Part shown: piece by piece, positions 56,271 through 59,584 of the stretch
How the letters are laid out: the number at the start of each line of letters is the position of its first letter
Numbering within the stretch: the first letter of the stretch is position 1
From: an uncultured archaeon
Lineage (GTDB): Archaea; Halobacteriota; Halobacteria; Halobacteriales; Haloferacaceae
NCBI GenBank assembly: GCA_937138675.1
Contig: CAKZPG010000096.1
Span: 1 to 59,584 of the forward strand
Reading direction: 5' to 3'
Length of the DNA stretch: 59,584 nt
The notes under the pieces: model-generated
Seen by the model: the letters and a program-made list of their open reading frames with translations, nothing else
What the model was told of the DNA's origin: nothing
The model's database searches: none
Translations under genes and position numbers: made by a program

Positions 56271-57434
56271 GTGCGGCTCGACGTGTCACCGCTCCGCGTT
56301 GCCCCCCTCGTTCGACTCGCCCTCGTCATCGCGCTTCTCTGCGCCCCTCTTGTTGGTGGCGTCGGGTCCGTCGCCGCACAGTCAGACGACTGTGCGCCGC
56401 CGACCTACGCGGTGGTCGCTGACGACGGTCGGCCGACAGTTCTTGAGGCCTCCGCCGGCTGTCAGGACGGCCGCCACACGTACGACGAGTCGTGGACGGC
56501 GACGTACGCATCGCTCGGGAACGAGAACGGTAGCGAGGGGCTGCCGACCGACGTACGGGACGCGACGCCCGCCGCGGACGGTGGATGGTGGCTTCTGGGC
56601 GAGACGGCGCTCCACCGCGTTGACGAGGAGTGGCGCCCGACGGGCGAAACCGTCGCGCTCCCGACGGCTAACGGGACGTCTGCGGCGACGGCGAACGAGA
56701 CGGGGCGGTTCGACGCAGTAGCGCGCGACGGCGTTGGGCGGCTCTGGCTCGCGGGCGCCCGCGGTGTGGTCGTCCTCAACGGCACGACCGGCGCTGCGAC
56801 CCCGACGGACGTCGCACGGGCCACAGGGCTGTACGCCGAGGGTAACCGACTCTGGGCGCTTCGCGAGGGCGTACGCGGTGGGCAGGTGACGCGGTACGCG
56901 CTCAACACGGCGAACGGGACCACGGACGTCAGCACGACTGTTGAGGCGTCGGTGCGGATCGGCCCGGAGGTTCGCCGGCCCGTTGACCTCACTCGGGTGG
57001 AGACCGGCTGGCTGGTTGTGAGCGCCGAGCGAAATCTGTTCGTCTACAGCACTGACTGGACGTACACGGGCGAGCGATACGGCTCCTCGGGGTTGTTCGC
57101 GGCGACGGTTCTTCTCCTGCCCGCGGCTCTCCTCGTCGCGTTCGGCGGTGTCGTGGTCCTGCGCCTGCGCCGGGAGCTTCTGGGACGGTACATCGTCGTC
57201 GCCATCGTTTCGACGGCTCTCGCAGTCGCTGTCCGGCAGTCGTTGCTCCCGCCTGCAGCGCGAGAGCTGTACGCCCTCCCGAGCGCCGCGGTGGCCGCGA
57301 TACTCCTCGCGCCGTGGGCGGTCTCAGTGCTGACGGTACTCCGGAAAGGCGCGTGGGCAGTGCTGGCGGGTATCCTCTTGTTGGCGGCGGGCATCGCGCT
57401 CCCCATCGCCTCCGAATACATCGTCGCGGTCTGA
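56271..57434 (+). CDS. Membrane protein with an N-terminal signal/anchor, a ~270-aa extracytoplasmic Trp-repeat domain with five N-x-S/T sequons, and four C-terminal TM helices
   Basis: The in-frame GTG at 56271 (VRLDVSPLRVAPLVRLALVIALLCAPLVGGVGSVAAQ...) gives 387 aa. Sequons NGS, NGT, NET, NGT, NGT. Lies between atpB and atpD on the same strand. Confidence 0.65.
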   Translation: MRLDVSPLRVAPLVRLALVIALLCAPLVGGVGSVAAQSDDCAPPTYAVVADDGRPTVLEASAGCQDGRHTYDESWTATYASLGNENGSEGLPTDVRDATPAADGGWWLLGETALHRVDEEWRPTGETVALPTANGTSAATANETGRFDAVARDGVGRLWLAGARGVVVLNGTTGAATPTDVARATGLYAEGNRLWALREGVRGGQVTRYALNTANGTTDVSTTVEASVRIGPEVRRPVDLTRVETGWLVVSAERNLFVYSTDWTYTGERYGSSGLFAATVLLLPAALLVAFGGVVVLRLRRELLGRYIVVAIVSTALAVAVRQSLLPPAARELYALPSAAVAAILLAPWAVSVLTVLRKGAWAVLAGILLLAAGIALPIASEYIVAV

Positions 57435-57488
57435 GCCGACGCAAGGCGTCACGTATTAGCCGGTGGGGGCGAAACACACGGTAAACAG

Positions 57489-58193
57489 ATGGCTGAGGAC
57501 GTCAAGCCGACCCGAAAGAACCTGATGGAGATCGAGGACCGGATCGAACTCTCCGAGCGAGGCCACGACACGTTGGAGCAGAAGCGTGACGGCCTCATCA
57601 TGGAGTTCATGGATATCCTCGATCAGGCGAAAGACGTCCGCTCCGACCTCAACGAGGACTACGACCATGCCCAGGAGACGATCAACATGGCGCGCGCGGT
57701 CGAAGGCGACGTGGCCGTGCGTGGGGCCGCAGCAGCGCTGAAAGAGCACCCGGAGATCACGAGCCAGTCGAAAAATATCATGGGTGTGGTCGTCCCGCAG
57801 ATCGAGTCCTCACGGGTACGAAAACGTCTTGACGAGCGTGGCTACGGCCTCCTCGGGTCTTCCTCACGTATCGACGAGACGGCGGAAGCGTACGAGGAAC
57901 TGATTGAGACGATCGTTCTCGCGGCCGAGGTGGAAACGGCGATGCGGAAGATGCTTGAGGAGATAGAGAAGACAAAGCGCCGCGTGAACGCGCTGGAATT
58001 CAAACTTCTGCCCGACCTGCGCAAGAACCAGGAGTATATTGAGCAGAAGCTGGAAGAGCAGGAGCGAGAGGAGATCTTCCGTCTCAAGAAGATTAAAGCG
58101 AAAAAGGAAGAGGAGGCGAGTGAGGCAGCCGAGGCCGAACGCGAGGCCGACGAGACAGCTGAGGAGCCGGAGCGGGTCAGCGCGGACGACTGA
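57489..58193 (+). CDS. atpD: A-type ATP synthase subunit D
   Basis: 234 aa. [40 protein letters not shown] is typical. Lys/Glu-rich tail. Confidence 0.95.
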   Translation: MAEDVKPTRKNLMEIEDRIELSERGHDTLEQKRDGLIMEFMDILDQAKDVRSDLNEDYDHAQETINMARAVEGDVAVRGAAAALKEHPEITSQSKNIMGVVVPQIESSRVRKRLDERGYGLLGSSSRIDETAEAYEELIETIVLAAEVETAMRKMLEEIEKTKRRVNALEFKLLPDLRKNQEYIEQKLEEQEREEIFRLKKIKAKKEEEASEAAEAEREADETAEEPERVSADD

Positions 58194-58460
58194 CGGCTAC
58201 GACCTGCGTATCGCCAGATTCGCGGGCCTGTGTTGTGTGTCTCAAATGTCTGTGTTCTCGAGAGTACCGGCGCCTCGCCCGAGACTGTCCACGCGACCCG
58301 TGACGTTTCGAGTACGGTCGACGTCGATGTCAACGTCGGTTTCTCGCCTTACACTTGCCGTCCGAGCGAACCGGTGCCCGACGATGTGGCTGATCACAGT
58401 CTCGTCGCCGCCGTGTGCTGACGACGGAATCGTTTTGCCCCCCGCGCGCTGCTCCCTGGC

Positions 58461-58847
58461 GTGTCCTGCCCCATCTGCGAGGCCCCGACAGTCGCATTCC
58501 GCGTCCCCGACGCACTGTCCGACCACGCGCCCGACGGCGCGCCCGCCGCCGTAGTCTGTACGTCCTGTCTCCGGGTCCACCCGGCCGACGACGGTGAGGC
58601 CGACCCGACGTTCGACCGCCTGCTCTCCGAGTTCCCGCCCGGCGAGGCCGGGGCGGCACTGGTGCTCGCGGCCGGGATGCTGGGCTCGCTCGCGCTAAAC
58701 CGTATGGCTGTGGTCGACTGCTGCGAGTTCGTCGAGGCCGAGGGTGTCGACGTTCTCCTGACGCTTGACCGGTTGAGCCGGGCTGGTCGAGTCGAACCCC
58801 ACTACGACCTCTCACGGCGTAGAGAACAGCTCGCGGACTTTCTGTGA
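58461..58847 (+). CDS. Zinc-ribbon protein of unknown function
   Basis: 128 aa with a GTG start. CPICE...CTSC pairs at the N-terminus and a helical C-terminal domain. Acidic. Confidence 0.6.
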   Translation: MSCPICEAPTVAFRVPDALSDHAPDGAPAAVVCTSCLRVHPADDGEADPTFDRLLSEFPPGEAGAALVLAAGMLGSLALNRMAVVDCCEFVEAEGVDVLLTLDRLSRAGRVEPHYDLSRRREQLADFL

Positions 58848-59497
58848 ACTATCCTACCCTTCTCGCTCACGGCTGACGCCGTTCGCTCATTGAGGGGAGG
58901 GCTTTCTGCTTCCACGACACGCTTTGCAGATACGGAGGTGTCCACGGGGAGCGTAGTCTCCACAGGCGTTCCTTCGGAGTGTCCCACTCCTACATCTTGT
59001 AGACCGCGAGAAAGAATGTTCCACGCCGTGTTCGCGTCCCTGTCCGCCTCACATCCGCAGGCTGGACAGGAGTGTCCACGGACCCACAACGGCTTTTCTG
59101 TCGAGACACCGCAGGACGCACACTCCTTGGTCGTCCCTCTCGGGTTGACCGCGACACAGTGTGTTCCTTCACGCTCGCACTTGTACTCAAGTAGTGAGAG
59201 GAATGTTCGCCACGCGGCAGACGCCGTGTTACGGCTGTTCGACGGCGACTCGATCATCCCCTTCACGTTCAGGTCTTCGACCAACACGAGATCGTACTCC
59301 CGAGCGTAGTAGTTCGAGAGCTTGTGGAAGAAGTCGCGGCGCTTTCGTCGGAGGTCGGTGTGACAATCCGCAACGCGCCGTCGTTGCTTCTCCCAGTTGT
59401 TCGACCTGTGTTGTTTGCGCGAGAGTTTCCGTTGCTCGCGCTCCAAGCGGTCGCGCTCAACAAAGAGGTCAAGCGACCCGACCACCGTACCGTCCAT
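58802..59497 (-). pseudogene. tnpB: IS200/IS605-family tnpB (OrfB), C-terminal ~230 aa only; apparent 5'-truncated remnant
   Basis: Contains the RuvC-II region DLVLVEDLNVKGM, the zinc ribbon CASCG...CPACG and RuvC-III DRDANTAWNI. No RuvC-I region. In-frame TAG lies 2 codons before the first ATG, with TAG and TGA further upstream. The reading frame runs 45 nt past the neighbouring gene's stop (58847). Confidence 0.8.
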
Positions 59498-59516
59498 GAC
59501 CTAACTGTCCAGTAGT

Positions 59517-59579
59517 GGGAATAACATGAGCGTTCCGTGTCACTATTCCCGACTCACTCGTCGTCCCACACGGGACGAC
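59517..59579. repeat. Two adjacent stem-loops immediately upstream of the tnpB remnant
   Basis: GGGAATA-N20-TATTCCC (59517-59550) and GTCGTCCC-acac-GGGACGAC (59560-59579), read directly. The window ends 5 nt later. Confidence 0.7.
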
Positions 59580-59584
59580 TCGCT

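Noticed and set aside
1-59584. CRISPR arrays, rRNA genes or other tandem or interspersed long repeats.
   Set aside because: I noticed no regularly spaced direct repeats of 25-40 nt. The only tandem repeat is the coding 9-mer at 19978-20019. A manual scan cannot exclude diverged interspersed repeats.

Overview
High-GC segment (roughly two-thirds G+C by eye) with a very acidic predicted proteome, compact gene spacing and gene content typical of a haloarchaeal (class Halobacteria) chromosome. I call about 60 protein genes, one tRNA and one IS remnant. All family names come from motifs read by eye in the ORF track; no database search was run.

Most of the window is housekeeping:
- Translation: aEF-2 (5'-truncated by the window edge), an ACT protein plus homoserine dehydrogenase, aEF-1alpha, uS10, tRNA-Ala(CGC), ABCE1.
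- RNA metabolism: RNase R, FAU-1, a PUA-domain protein.
- Division and repair: SepF, UvrA, a UvrD-like helicase.
- Cofactor, lipid and redox genes: riboflavin synthase, HisE, GGPP synthase, a geranylgeranyl-reductase-like protein, CoADR-rhodanese, thioredoxin, NifU-like.
- Peptidases: rhomboid, PrsW, M24-like, M32, M20, archaemetzincin.
- A complete A-type ATP synthase cluster, atpH-I-K-E-C-F-A-B-(membrane gene)-D.

The window ends in a 5'-truncated IS200/IS605-type tnpB remnant. No CRISPR array, rRNA or intact mobile element was seen.

The parts that ordinary annotation does not explain are:
1. A ~0.49 kb ORF-free, strongly self-complementary block between two convergent genes (46494-46985).
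2. A divergent pair made of a membrane-spanning winged-helix regulator and a secreted protein next to that block.
3. The tnpB remnant, with a possible omega-RNA region and two hairpins upstream.
4. A tightly packed module of a zinc-finger protein, a UvrD-like helicase and an apparently ligand-less M24 homolog.
5. A sequon-rich membrane protein gene sitting between atpB and atpD.
6. Several further long ORF-poor intergenic regions.

None of these is proven to be a new system. They are ranked by how poorly the visible features explain them.
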